This document shows positions 11,301 through 23,010 of a stretch of 64,000 bases of DNA, one piece after another. Under the pieces are notes generated by a model, which was not told the DNA's origin, searched no databases, and was given only the letters and a program-made list of their open reading frames with translations. The first letter of the stretch is position 1, and every line of letters begins with the position of its first letter. The stretch lies in assembly GCA_950097015.1 (NCBI GenBank), contig CATNEN010000034.1, positions 7,750,001-7,814,000 on the forward strand, read 5' to 3'. The position numbers and the translations under genes were made by a program. This DNA comes from Macrostomum hystrix (Eukaryota > Animalia > Platyhelminthes).

Positions 11301-14300
11301 GCTAAAATCTCACCCTCCGATGACAAACTGCTAAAATCTCACCCTCCGATGACAAACTGCTAAAATCTCACCCTCCGATGACAAACTGCTAAAATCTCAA
11401 CCTCCGATGACAAACTGCTAAAATCTTACCCTCCGATGACAAACTACTAAAATCTCACACTAAAGATAACAAAATGCTAAAATCTCACCCTCCGATGACA
11501 AACTACTAAAATCTTACCCTCCGATGACAAACTACTAAAATCTCACACTAAAGATTACAAAATGCTAAAATCTCACCCTCCGATGACAAACTACTAAAAT
11601 CTTACCCTCCGATGACAAACTACTAAAATCTCACCCTCCGATGACAAACTGCTAAAATCTCACCCTCCGATGACAAACTGCTGAAATCTCACCCTCTGAT
11701 GACAAACTGCTAAAATGTCACCCTCCGATGACAAACTACTAAAATCTCACCCTCGATGACAAACTACTAAAATCTCACCCTCGATGACAAACTACTAAAA
11801 TCTCACCCTCCGATGACAAACTACTAAAATCTCACCCTCCGATGACAAACTGCTAAAATCTCACCCTCCGATGACAAACAACTAAAATCTCCCCCTCCGA
11901 TGACAAACTACTAAAATCTCACACTAAAGATAACAAAATGCTAAAATCTCACCCTCCGATGACAAAACTACTAAAATCTCACCCTCCGATGACAAACTAC
12001 TAAAATCTCACACTAAAGATTACAAAATGCTAAAATCTCACCCTCCGATGACAAACTACTAAACTCTTACCCTCCGATGACAAACTACTAAAATCTCACA
12101 CTGAAGGTGACAAACCGCTAAAATCTCACCCTCCGATGACAAACTGCTAAAATCTCACCCTCCGATGACAAACTACTAAACTCTTACCCTCCGATGACAA
12201 ACTACTAAAATCTCACACTGAAGATGACAAACCGCTAAATCTCACCCTCCGATGACAAACTGCTAAAATCTAACACTAAAGATGACAAACTACTAAAATC
12301 TCACACTAAAGATGACAAACTACTAAAATCTCACACTACAGATGACAAACTACTAAAATCTCATACTCAAGATGACAAACTACTAAAATCTCACACTACA
12401 GATGACAAACTACTAAAATCTCATACTCAAGATGACAAACTACTAAAATCTCACACTAAAGATGCCAAACTACTAAAATCTCACACTACAGATGACAAAC
12501 TACTAAAATCTCATACTCAAGATGACAAACTACTAAAATCTCACACTAAAGATGCCAAACTACTAAAATCTCACACTAAAGATGACAAACTGCTAAAATC
12601 TAACACTAAAGATGACAAACTGCTAAAATCTCACACTGAAGATGACAAACTGCTAAAATCTCACACTGAAGATTACAAAATGCAAATATCTCACACTAAA
12701 GATGACAAACTACTAAAATGTCACACTAAAGATGACAAACTGCTAAAATCTCACACTGAAGATTACAAATAGCTAAAATCTCACACTAAAGATGACAAAC
12801 AACTAAATCCTAAAATATTTATTATGGGAAATCTCACCGAGAGGGTAGATCTCCACGCAGAATGGCAGCATAATCCGTTTAGACAGATAGCCTTTTGACT
12901 CTCGATTTGAAGACACCAGGGGCAGCCAGACCCGCATTCCCTATTGTAAACACAATATCCGGACTAATCATTAGTATAAATGGTTACGAAGCCAAGCAAC
13001 GGAGGTCCGAAGCTCGCATCTGTCTATTTGAGTTCGGATTTACCTGCGAGCCGCAATTCAGCCAGATGGAATCGGTAACGTGGCGTTGCCGCTGGGCGGG
13101 CGTCCTCGGTCTGTGGTGCGGGGTCCACACTATTTCAACATTGGTGGCGATTACCATCGGAGAGGAGAACGGCAGCGGCCGAGCAGCGGAAAACCCGGCC
13201 AAGGAGGCGTTCTGCTGCTGCTGCTGCTGCTGCTGATGCTCATAGGCGGCGCTGGCGTGAGTAACTGGCATGAGACCGCCACGATCTCTTTGAAAAAAGA
13301 ACAATCTACCAGAATAATTGACTAGCACAGACTCTGGGTACGGATTCTGCTGCTGCTGCTGCTGATTAGACGGCCCACCGGAGTGCTGCCTGCTGCGGCC
13401 CATAAAGTCCACAGAGTCGATGGCGCCGCCGCTGCCGCCGCCGCTAGCTGAAGGAAAGGCGCCGCCAATCTCTGATCGCAGATTAGTGAGGCAGATTTGC
13501 AATACACAGCTGGCATCCAGCATATAGCTGGACAAGCTGAGCTCTTGGACATGGCTGAGTCTGGCCTGGCCTGGCTCGGCCTCCGATATAGTGAACATGT
13601 CCAGCTGACAGTTGGCACTCAGCAATACCAGATGGTTGCCAAGCAGGTTCACTAGCTGGGGCTGGCGCACGTGCTGAGCCAGCCGGTACAGGCAGGCCTG
13701 TGAGTTGTCTAGGCGCGCCTGGCGGGGATAAACTCGGAGCTGCGGCGGCGGAGGCGGGAGAAGGCATAAGGGAGAGTGTTGGTTCGAATCTAAAAAAATA
13801 GTTTATGAGATAGAGACAGGCGTAGATAAGGGTGAGATAGAGACAGGCATAGATAAGGGTGAGACAGAGACCGGCGTAGATAAGGGTGAGATAGAGACAG
13901 GCATAGATAAGGGTGAGATAGAGACCGGCGTAGATAAGGGTGAGATAGAGACAGGCATAGATAAGGGTGAGATAGAGACCGGCGTAGATAAGGGTGAGAT
14001 AGAGACAGGCATAGATAAGTGTGAGATAGAGACCGGCGTAGATAAGGGTGAGATAGAGACAGGCATAGATAAGGGTGAGATAGAGACAGGCGTAGATAAG
14101 GGTGAGATAGAGACAGGCGTAGATAAGGGTGAGATAGAGACCGGCGTAGATAAGGGTGAGATAGAGACCGGCGTAGATAAGGGTGAGATAGAGACAGGCG
14201 TTGATAATGGTGAGATAGAGACAGGCGTAGATAAGGGTGAGATAGATACAGGCATAGATAAGGGTGAGACAGAGACAGGCGTAGATAAGGGTGAGATAGA

Positions 14301-17300
14301 GACCGGCGTAGATAGGGGTGAGATAGAGACAGGCGTAGATAAGGGTGAGATAGAGACAGGCGTAGATAAGGGTGAGACAGAGACCGGCGTTGATAATGGT
14401 GAGATAGAGACAGGCATAGATAAGGGTGAGATAGAGACCGGCGTAGATAAGGGTGAGATAGAGACAGGCATAGATAAGGGTGAGATAGAGACCGGCGTAG
14501 ATAAGGGTGAGATAGAGACAGGCATAGATAAGGGTGAGACAGAGACAGGCGTAGATAAGGGTGAGATAGAGACCGGCGTAGATAAGGGTGAGATAGAGAC
14601 AGGCATAGATAAGGGTGAGACAGAGACAGGCGTAGATAAGGGTGAGATAGAGACTGGCGTAGATAAGGGTGAGATAGAGACAGGCGTAGATAAGGGTGAG
14701 ATAGAGACAGGCGTAGATAAGGGTGAGATAGAGACAGGCGTAGATAAGGGTGACATAGAGACATGTATATAAGGAAGGGTGAGACAGACAATGGAAACAG
14801 ACAGACTATGAGTATGAGCTCACCTCGGCTCTGCCACTCTCCAGGCTGACCGCACTCACGCAGACATAGTCGGAGCCCCACCAGACCAGGCCGCCTTGCA
14901 CAATGAAGCCGCGCTCCTGTGTCTCATTGCCGAACAGTTTCCATTTGCGGCTGGCGATGGCGTAGTGCAGAAAGCCGCGCGTGCCCGCCACGGCCAGATA
15001 GCGGCCGCTCTCGTCAATGCTCACGTGCTAAAAGGAAGGCGGCAACAGAGGCGGAGGGATTATTCAAACTGTTTACAGTAGAAACCTAAGGGGGGAGTCT
15101 GAGACTGGGACAAAAACTGGGACAAAAAATTGAACAGGCTTTTTTAGGACTAGTGAGACAAAATGAAACGAGAATGGGGGCTAGGCATAGCAGACTGAGA
15201 ATTGAGGAAGACAGAGGTGGGAAAGAGGTAGACAGGTGAGTAATTAGTAGACAGGTGAGTAATTAGTAGACAGGTGAGTAATTAGTAGACAGGTGAGTAA
15301 TTAGTAGACAGATGAGAAATTTGTAGACAGTTGAGAAATTAGTAGACAGAGCTGGGTAAGTTTTAGACAGAAGAAAAGAGGTAGACAGCTGAGTAAGAGG
15401 TAGACAGCTGAGTAAGAGGTAGACAGCTGAGTAAGAGGTAGACAGCTGAGTAAGAGGTAGACAGCTGAGTAAGAGGTAGACAGCTGAGTAAGAGGTAGAC
15501 AGCTGAGTAAGAGGTAGACAGCTGAGTAAGAGGTAGACAGCTGAGTAAGAGGTAGACAGCTGAGTAAGAGGTAGACAGCTGAGTAAGAGGTAGACAGCTG
15601 AGTAAGAGGTAGACAGCTGAGTAAGAGGTAGACAGCTGAGTAAGAGGTAGACAGCTGAGTAAGAGGTAGACAAGGTGAGTAAGAGGTAGACAGGGGTGAG
15701 TAGTAAGAGGTAGACAAGCGAGTAAGAGGTAGACAAGGGTGAGTTAGTGGTAGACAGGGGTGAGTAAGAGGTAGACAGAGCTGAGTAAGAGGTAGACAGA
15801 GCTGAGTAAGAGGTAGACAGAGCTGAGTAAGAGGTAGACAGAGCTGAGTAAGAGGTAGACAGAGCTGAGTAAGAGGTAGACGGGTGAGTAAGAGGTAGAC
15901 AGAGCTGAGTAAGAGGTACACAGAGGTGAGTAAGAGGTAGACAGGCGAGTAAGAGGTAGACAGGCGAGTAAGAGGTAGACAGCTGAGTAAGAGGTAGACA
16001 GCTGAGTAAGAGGTAGACAGAGCTCAGTTAGTGTAGACAGGGGTGAGTAAGTAGACAGTGAAGTAAACAGCCTTCTAAGCAGCTAGAAAACAAGTCTCAC
16101 CCTGATAGGCCAGTGTGCGGTAATGTACAACGGCGGCACGCTAGCCGAGTGCCAGCTCTTGCTGCCGCCGTACAATTGAGCAGGCTCTGCGCCGCTAGTA
16201 TGCGGATGATGCGGCGATAGCAGCACCCGGTCAGGGCCGGCCTGCACAATGTGCCGCAAATTTCCCTGACAGGGATTGTCAACAAGGCCGCATTTTAAAA
16301 AGTTAAACAAAGACAAGCCGCCGCGCTCGCTGATGGTGGCCATGAGGTAGCCGTGGCAGCACCAGCAGGCGTCTAGCAGCGCTGGCGCCGGTGGTCCAGC
16401 AGCCGGGATTGACAGCAGAAGGAAGCCGCCGGCAGTCCACAGCGCAATGTGGCCCCGATCCCACAGGCCTAGCAGTGCGGCGCAGTCGGGAGTCCAGCGC
16501 AGCGCCAGCAGTTGAGTCTGCTGTCCGGCAGCCAGGCCCAGTCCTGGCGGGTGATGCTTCGGCGTCAGGCGGAACCGATTGCTCATGGAGAAGGCGCCGG
16601 TCTCATCGTCAGCGGTGAAAATGGCAACGTCGGTGCCACGACCGCCGAAGGCCACGGTGCGGTATTTGTTATTGACAGACATGCAAGTGGCGTACTTTAG
16701 ATTATCGGCCAGGATGCCTTCGACGAGCTGCGGGGCGAGAGTGTTTTGGGAGTGTGTTGGGATGGGATTGGCTGAAACCTAGCTTTGAGTTCGAATGAGA
16801 ACGGGAGAGAGCGAGACACAATGAACATATTGTTAGACCGTGTTCATGGCAATTGGTTTAATAATTTAGGAGATACAGAAAATGAAGATGGGAGAGAAAG
16901 GGCAGGGTCAGCAAGTATTACAATCGGCAACACGGAAAACAGTTGCACAGGTCCGCACCTTCTGGTCCAGCCTAGTAGCCGAATTCGTAGCCAACAAGGC
17001 CGCCTTGCCGTTAGACAGAAGCAGGACAAAGACGCCCAGGCTGGGACTGAACTCCAGCTGGCGACAGTGCAGCCCATCCTCGGCTAGCCTAGTGCCGCGC
17101 GAATGCTCCAGATCGTAGAAAAATGTCACCTGACGCAGGTCAACAAACTGCTGCTGCTGTTGCTGAGTTTGCTGCTGCTGCTGCTGCTGTTGCTGCTGAT
17201 TTGGCTGTCCAGTTTGCAAGCCGCCAGTCCAACGCAATCTGCGCAACAAGCCGTCCCGAGTAGCCACAACGAGGTCGTCTTTGAAGTGGCACATAGAAGC

Positions 17301-19432
17301 AACCGGACTGCCTAATTGAATAGCATCAGTTAGACGCATGGCCACCAGCGGCTGCCTGCCCGGCGCCGCCTTGCCCGACCGACCCTGCCGACTAGAAAGT
17401 TTATTTGGAAAGGATGTTTTGCAGCTAATGCACGACTGGGTAGCCGTTTTATAGCTTAGTTAGTTAGCCTACTATATATTTATATACTGTTAGCTTGTAC
17501 TATGTCAGTTGTCATTCCCTACACTGTGTCAGTTGTCATTCCCTACACTGTGTCAGTTGTCATTCCCTACACTGTGTTAGTTGTCATTCCCTACACTGTG
17601 TCAGTTGTCATTCCCTACACTCTGTGTCAGTTGTCATTCCCTACACTGTGTCAGTTGTCATTCCCTACACTGTGTCAGTTGTCATTCCCTACACTCTGTG
17701 TCAGTGTCATTCCCTACACTCTCTGTCAGTTGTTATTATCTACACTCTGTGTCAGTTGTTATTATCTACACTCTGGGTCAGTTGTTATTCCCTACACTCT
17801 GTTGTGTCAGTTGTCATTCCCTACACTCTGTTGTGTCAGTTGTCATTCCCTACACTCTGTTGTGTCAGTTGTCATTCCCTAGACTCTGTGTCAGTTGTCA
17901 TTCCCTACACTCTGTTGTGTCAGTTGTCATTCCCTACACTCTGTTGTGTCAGTTGTCATTCCCTAGACTCTGTGTCAGTTGTCATTCCCTACACTCTGTT
18001 GTGTCAGTTGTCATTCCCTACACTCTGTTGTGTCAGTTGTCATTCCCTACACTCTGTTGTGTCAGTTGTCATTCCCTACACTCTGTTGTGTCAGTTGTCA
18101 TTCCCTACACTCTGTTGTGTCAGTTGTCATTCCCTAGACTCTGTGTCAGTTGTCATTCCCTACACTCTGTTGTGTCAGTTGTCATTCCCTACACTCTGTT
18201 GTGTCAGTTGTCATTCCCTAGACTCTGTGTCAGTTGTCATTCCCTACACTCTGTTGTGTCAGTTGTCATTCCCTACACTCTGTTGTGTCAGTTGTCATTC
18301 CCTAGACTCTGTGTCAGTTGTCATTCCCTACACTCTGGGACAGTTGTCATTCCCTACACTCTGTGTCAGTTGTCATTCCCTACACCCTGGGTCAGTTGTT
18401 ATTATCTACACTCTGTGTCAGTTGTTATTATCTACACTCTGGGTCAGTTGTTATTCCCTACACTCTGTTGTGTCAGTTGTCATTCCCTACACTCTGTTGT
18501 GTCAGTTGTCATTCCCTAGACTCTGTGTCAGTTGTCATTCCCTACACTCTGGGACAGTTGTCATTCCCTACACTCTGTGTCAGTTGTCATTCCCTACACC
18601 CTGGGTCAGTTGTTATTATCTACACTCTGGGTCAGTTGTTATTATATTCACTCTGTGTCAGTTGTCATTCCATATACATAGTGTCAGTTGCCATTTCAAC
18701 ACCATATGAGCAGTCATTAGTACGCGGGTTCACGGATATTTGTTACGATATTATTGTTACAATTTTATGCTTACATATCCAAATCGGTAACCAACACTGA
18801 ACTGTCGGCATCGCCCAGGTCAACAGTTAAGATAAGTATGTAACCGAGAGTGGTCTACAAAAATAACAATTTTAATAAGTTGACAGGTGTAGTGAGTTTA
18901 GTGAGTTAAGCCACAGATTCCTGAGCATCAGATAATTTACCGAAGCGGCCAGATAAGTTCCAGTTTGGCTGAGCAAAACTAATTGAGTCTCGCCATAATG
19001 ACCAACAGACTCCTGGGATCGATTGTATGAGCACAGCTGGATGCAGGTCTGCAAAATAAATCAACAATACAAGCTTATCCAATGATAGAAGCATATAGTG
19101 GATAACAAATTGAGCTGTCCCACTGGTTGTAGATCAGGCCCTAACTGGGTTCTCCAATAATTTTATTCTCTCCTCTAAAATAAATTACAAAAGTACTCAC
19201 CCGAACATTGTAAATGAAAAATGAATGGTCTGAAGCAAACAGAACAAGGTGCGGTTGGTCAGAAAAAGTCTGTAGAAATGGATGGCCTAAAAGACAAAAG
19301 TGTAAAAGTTTTTATTATTGCAATGAATGCATATTTAATGAAAGTATTCCAATGCTTACTTAGCAAGCGACTTTTCCAAGAAAATGCAGTACAATCAGTG
19401 AGCAGTTTTGGCCATCCAGATAGAAAATACAT
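5360..19432 (-). CDS. RIC1: RIC1, RAB6A-GEF complex partner 1 (Rich/KIAA1432), 14 coding exons, about 1633 aa
   Basis: Hand-built exons (minus strand): 19360-19432, 19201-19286, 18941-19048, 18775-18854, 16959-17391, 16101-16727, 14824-15027, 13044-13739, 12838-12940, 10941-11089, 10808-10854, 9837-10436, 6754-7137, 5360-6671. Total 4902 nt, all introns GT-AG, phases consistent. Hallmark RIC1 peptides: [104 protein letters not shown] and C-terminal CTVS. Confidence 0.95.
7275..7675. repeat. Minisatellite in RIC1 intron 12: 33-bp core GTTTCCTGGAATTCWAGGCCAGTCATTACCCAC plus 6-14 bp variable linker, about 9 copies
   Basis: Direct reading of the tandem copies. Confidence 0.9.
8099..8705. repeat. 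31-bp minisatellite (CTCTCCGCTCAWCCTATCTTCTCTGCCACAA), about 19 copies, RIC1 intron 12
   Basis: Near-perfect tandem copies. Confidence 0.95.
9294..9700. repeat. 26-bp minisatellite (CAGCCAATCMAGTCACTCCACTAAAT), about 15 copies, RIC1 intron 12
   Basis: Tandem copies, each containing AGCCAATC. Confidence 0.95.
10485..10777. repeat. 32-bp minisatellite (GGTAGACAGTGAGATTCAGGCTGGGATAAYAT), about 9 copies, RIC1 intron 11
   Basis: Near-perfect tandem copies filling most of a 371-nt intron. Confidence 0.95.
11125..12805. repeat. About 29-bp minisatellite (CTAAAATCTCACCCTCCGATGACAAACTR, with variant CTAAAATCTCACACTAAAGATGACAAACT), over 50 copies, RIC1 intron 9
   Basis: Tandem copies; the CCCTCC variant dominates the left part and the CACTAAA variant the right part. 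Confidence 0.95.
13805..14762. repeat. 27-bp minisatellite (GATAAGGGTGAGATAGAGACAGGCGTA), about 35 copies, RIC1 intron 7
   Basis: Tandem copies; source of the spurious SHPYLRLSL and ISPLSTPVS ORFs. Confidence 0.95.
15228..16045. repeat. 19-21-bp minisatellite (AGGTAGACAGCTGAGTAAG), about 40 copies, RIC1 intron 6
   Basis: Tandem copies with a homogeneous centre and diverged edges. Confidence 0.95.
17502..18690. repeat. 24-29-bp minisatellite (GTCAGTTGTCATTCCCTACACTCTGTTGT), over 40 copies, RIC1 intron 4
   Basis: Tandem copies with length variants. Confidence 0.95.
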
Positions 19433-19870
19433 GCTCAAAGCTAGAAACTGAATATTCTCATCTGAAAAAATAAACAATTGCATTTTTGCTAGCTTTTTCA
19501 ACTTGAATGACATTATTTTTTATGTCAATTGCTTTTTAGTCAAGTTTGACTTAGTGATATAGTAGAAAAATGCTATTTTACAGCTAGAAAGACAAACTTA
19601 AGGATCACCAAAAGCTCCCTTTAAGTGCTTGTTTATAGATATATAGAAATGTTGCATGAGAACTACACAATGGTAACACATAGGCTTGTTTAGCTTTTAG
19701 CCAGCTACCTAGCTAGAAATATAGCAAGGTAAATGAAAGTTCTGCAATATATAGTCTTTAATAACAGTTGCATATTTAAAATATTGTATTGTTTTGTTTT
19801 GGTTTCTTAAGCAATATATAGATATATATTCTTAAATATATATATATGAGTAATATTTTATATTTACAGA

Positions 19871-20148
19871 CATACATGTGCAACACCCGGCTGACCCGGC
19901 TGGACCGGCCGGGTGAAATGAGGGCCAAGCAAGGTAAGTCACAAAAACCAATCAACCAAGTGCAAAAAAATCTAAGGGGGCGTGAAGAAGAGGAAAAGGG
20001 GGAGAGAAAATAGAGAAAATAAGAGCAAACTAAGTTGTAAATAGAGCAATGAAATGAACTAAGTTGCAACTGAGAGCAAACTAAGTTGTAAATAGAGCAA
20101 AAACTAAGTCACATGGCCGGCTAAGATTTAGGAGGTTGCACATGTATG
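19871..20148 (+). mobile_element. 278-bp MITE-like element with perfect 14-bp TIRs (CATACATGTGCAAC), about 440 bp upstream of the RIC1 start
   Basis: CATACATGTGCAAC at 19871 and GTTGCACATGTATG ending at 20148. Flanks TTTACAGA / TTTACGGA match at 7 of 8 positions (possible 8-bp TSD, hAT-like). A homologous inverted copy lies at 61931-62211. Confidence 0.8.
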
Positions 20149-22674
20149 TTTACGGATGACCAAAACCTTTTTTACTTACAGAAAAATTTTAAGCCATAAA
20201 TAAAAAATAAGGACCTTTAGTGGGTTCAATGGGTTGCTACCTAATCCAAGGCACCTAAGTTTGGTACAATCAGCTTTAAAGCAATTGATCTGATTGTGAA
20301 TGCTTTTAATCTATCATGCATTTGCCCTTTTCAAATCATTAATAATATCTATAAAAAGATTTTTGCAGCTATACAGGATAGTGAAAATTTAATAGCTCTA
20401 ATTTGCAGCCTAGCTTCCTAACAGTCAAGCTTTCTAGATTATGTAACAGTATCACTAAGCTATTTCTAGCATTTTTAATTGTCTTTAATATTTGGTAGCA
20501 AGTGTTCTCTTTGCTTTTTATTAGGTCCTATTGTTATAAGCATTTTGCATAAAAAACTATGATTAAAAACCTAGCTTTGTTATCACAAAAAATTGGTACA
20601 AATATGATTTCCAAAATACAGACTTTTAGGCTCATTGTACTACTTTTGCTAGTTTAATGAGGGACATATTAGTAAAAAAGTCTAGAGGCACTAACAAAAA
20701 ATTCTAAAAACACAAACTTGCATAATATATTGATATGCACAGTAATAGCCACTATTGACCTACTAATTATGGCTAACTGTTTTGTTTTATTTAAAATCAT
20801 TGCTTATTTGCCTTAGATCACTTTATAGCAATATGCAAGTAGATGTCATAGGTAAGTGCCATCTGTAAATTTGTAGCCACTAAACAGATTTAAGCTGCTT
20901 GCCAACGGCTCCGGCCAAAATCCTCATATTCTAAATTGTCATATGCGGGTTGTAAAAAAAACAACATTATCTAAATTGTCATATTGTCCATATTGGACAA
21001 TGTGACTTTTATGAAGTTGCCATATCGTTATCTTATTGGCTCTGCAAACAGCTTTGTTGAAAGCATAAGTGAAGCGAAGCATACATTTTTGGCCTTGTCT
21101 CACTTGGCTCTACAAAAAAATTTCATTTGAGCCCCTCAAAGAACATTGCACATTACATAACATGTGCACTGAATTTCGTTCAGCATGTACTATGTACATG
21201 TAACTCAAACGTGCCCTTCTATTGCATCATTATGATTTGCATTATTTGCATAGGCCTATTGCATTTGTCTGTTCATTGTGCCTACCTAATGCTTTTGTCA
21301 ATGCTTTTTATCTGCATTTACTTTTATTTTAACTGCCTTTAAATCAACTGTTTGAATTATGCATCATCAAATATTCAAATCGCATTGCATTCATTTAAAA
21401 TGAGCAATGAACAAATAGGCAAGATAGTCATATTAAATTGAATATTGCGACACTTTTGTGCAAATCATCATCATCATATGACGTTTTAGAATATGACGAT
21501 TTGATCTGTACCCCTTGCCAACTATACAGGTTGTGGTTCTTGGATGGCAGTCTGACTTTGTGCAGACTACACAGGACTGTGATGTATTTTTTCTAGAGCA
21601 ATGATGGACAACTGACAAATTGGTATCTCAAACTGCTATCTCACCTATCTGCAGATGATTAAAAAAATTGTAGCCTATGCTTATAGAATATAGGATGGTC
21701 TGAATTATCTAGCTAGTTTAGTTGACAAAGGGACTATTTAAATAGGAATACTTAATTACTACTTAATAGAAATACAAGTTTATTTATATGTCCTCAAAAT
21801 CCGAAGTGACAAAGGGGCATTTGATAAAGTGACTGGAATCCTAGCTAAATGTTACATATATCAGCACTTATTAGCCTATATATATTATTTAGCTATAATG
21901 TAATTATAAATATAATTTCGCTTTATTTTTATAACAAAGCTAAATTAGCTAAATCTGCTGCCTTCCATCAGGAAAAAGAATGCAGGGCCTATGCTATTCT
22001 AACTAAAACTAGGCCTAGCTAACAGTAACTTAACTAACAAAAAACGCAGCACTGATCTAGTGCTCGGCCTACCAGTAGAACTAAAGGATGACAACGTCGA
22101 CATGCGACGTGCACCCGTCTGTTCCATACCGAAAATCCGGAAAATTAAATTAGAAATTGAGGGCCTCAGTAAAATAAGAATTCATGTAATTGGTGAAAAT
22201 TTTATTGCTGTTTTCATAGAAAACCTGGGCCACAGGCTGTGCCAAAAATTAATCAGGGTTTTGCCAAATGGAAGTCAGGGACTTTGGTCTGATTTTCGGA
22301 CGTGTACTGCTTACGACGTGATTCACTCCTATAAGTATAAAAGTAATATGGATGCTAGAGCAAATAAATTGGTAAACTACTAGTTTGTTTGCATGTTTAA
22401 TGTAGCCGGCAGGCGGCAGTTATTCTATGCGCGTTCGCGGCATACGTGCATATGTCAAGTTCGGTCCCTATGTCCTGCATGCGTTGTACGTGGAGAAGCA
22501 GCTTTTTGAAAAAAAATTGCAGCCGGACGATACGGCAAGGACTGTACACCATGTACTGCATGTTGCATACAGCTACGGTGGTCCTTGCGGCACGTACATT
22601 CACTCTACTATTAAGAATTGCAGAGCAGTAACTGCAGCACGCCATGCTAGCTAAATATGCTGGATATAAGCATA

Positions 22675-23010
22675 TTACCGCGCCATGTTGCCTTAACCAG
22701 CTGCATCGCTATAGTGGCCGAACGCCTCGTGCACCAACGCCTCGCACACGACCTTGAGCGAAGAGGCATTCTTAGCCACGTGCAGGCCGGATTCAAACGA
22801 GGCCGCTCCTGTGAAGAGCGGATAGCCTCTTCATCTTCGACGGACTGGAGAAACTACCGGCCTTGCCTATCCTAGACCTTAGTCTGTGATGGCGCAAGGC
22901 GCTTATCTGCAAACTTAAGCGCCGCGTGGATAGCGGGCGCCACTCCGAGCACCTTGCTAATTTTGTTAAACGTCATTTGCCTCCCGAGATACCAACAGTT
23001 TATCGTCAAT
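22675..23010 (+). mobile_element. Decayed non-LTR retrotransposon (LINE) reverse transcriptase fragment
   Basis: VALTSCIAIVAERLVHQRLAHDLERRGILSHVQAGFKRGRSCEE matches the LINE RT pattern I/V-x-L-T-S...ER-L-V..RL...LE....L...Q-x-GF-R/K..RS. After a frameshift, IFDGLEK..ILDLS..WRKALICKLK and then FIVNG follow in the expected order, with stops and shifts. Confidence 0.8.

Noticed and set aside
13790-14881. Long ORFs of 317-363 aa (SHPYLRLSL / ISPLSTPVS repeats)
   Set aside because: Translation of a 27-bp intronic minisatellite that lacks stops in some frames.
15263-15921. ORFs of 157-206 aa with LPLTQL repeats
   Set aside because: Artefact of the 19-bp array in RIC1 intron 6.
17495-18800. Cys/His-rich ORFs up to 404 aa (CVSCHSLH), superficially like multiheme CxxCH or zinc-finger repeats
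   Set aside because: They coincide exactly with the intron 4 minisatellite on the strand opposite RIC1, all three frames are similarly open, and there is no unique flanking coding sequence.
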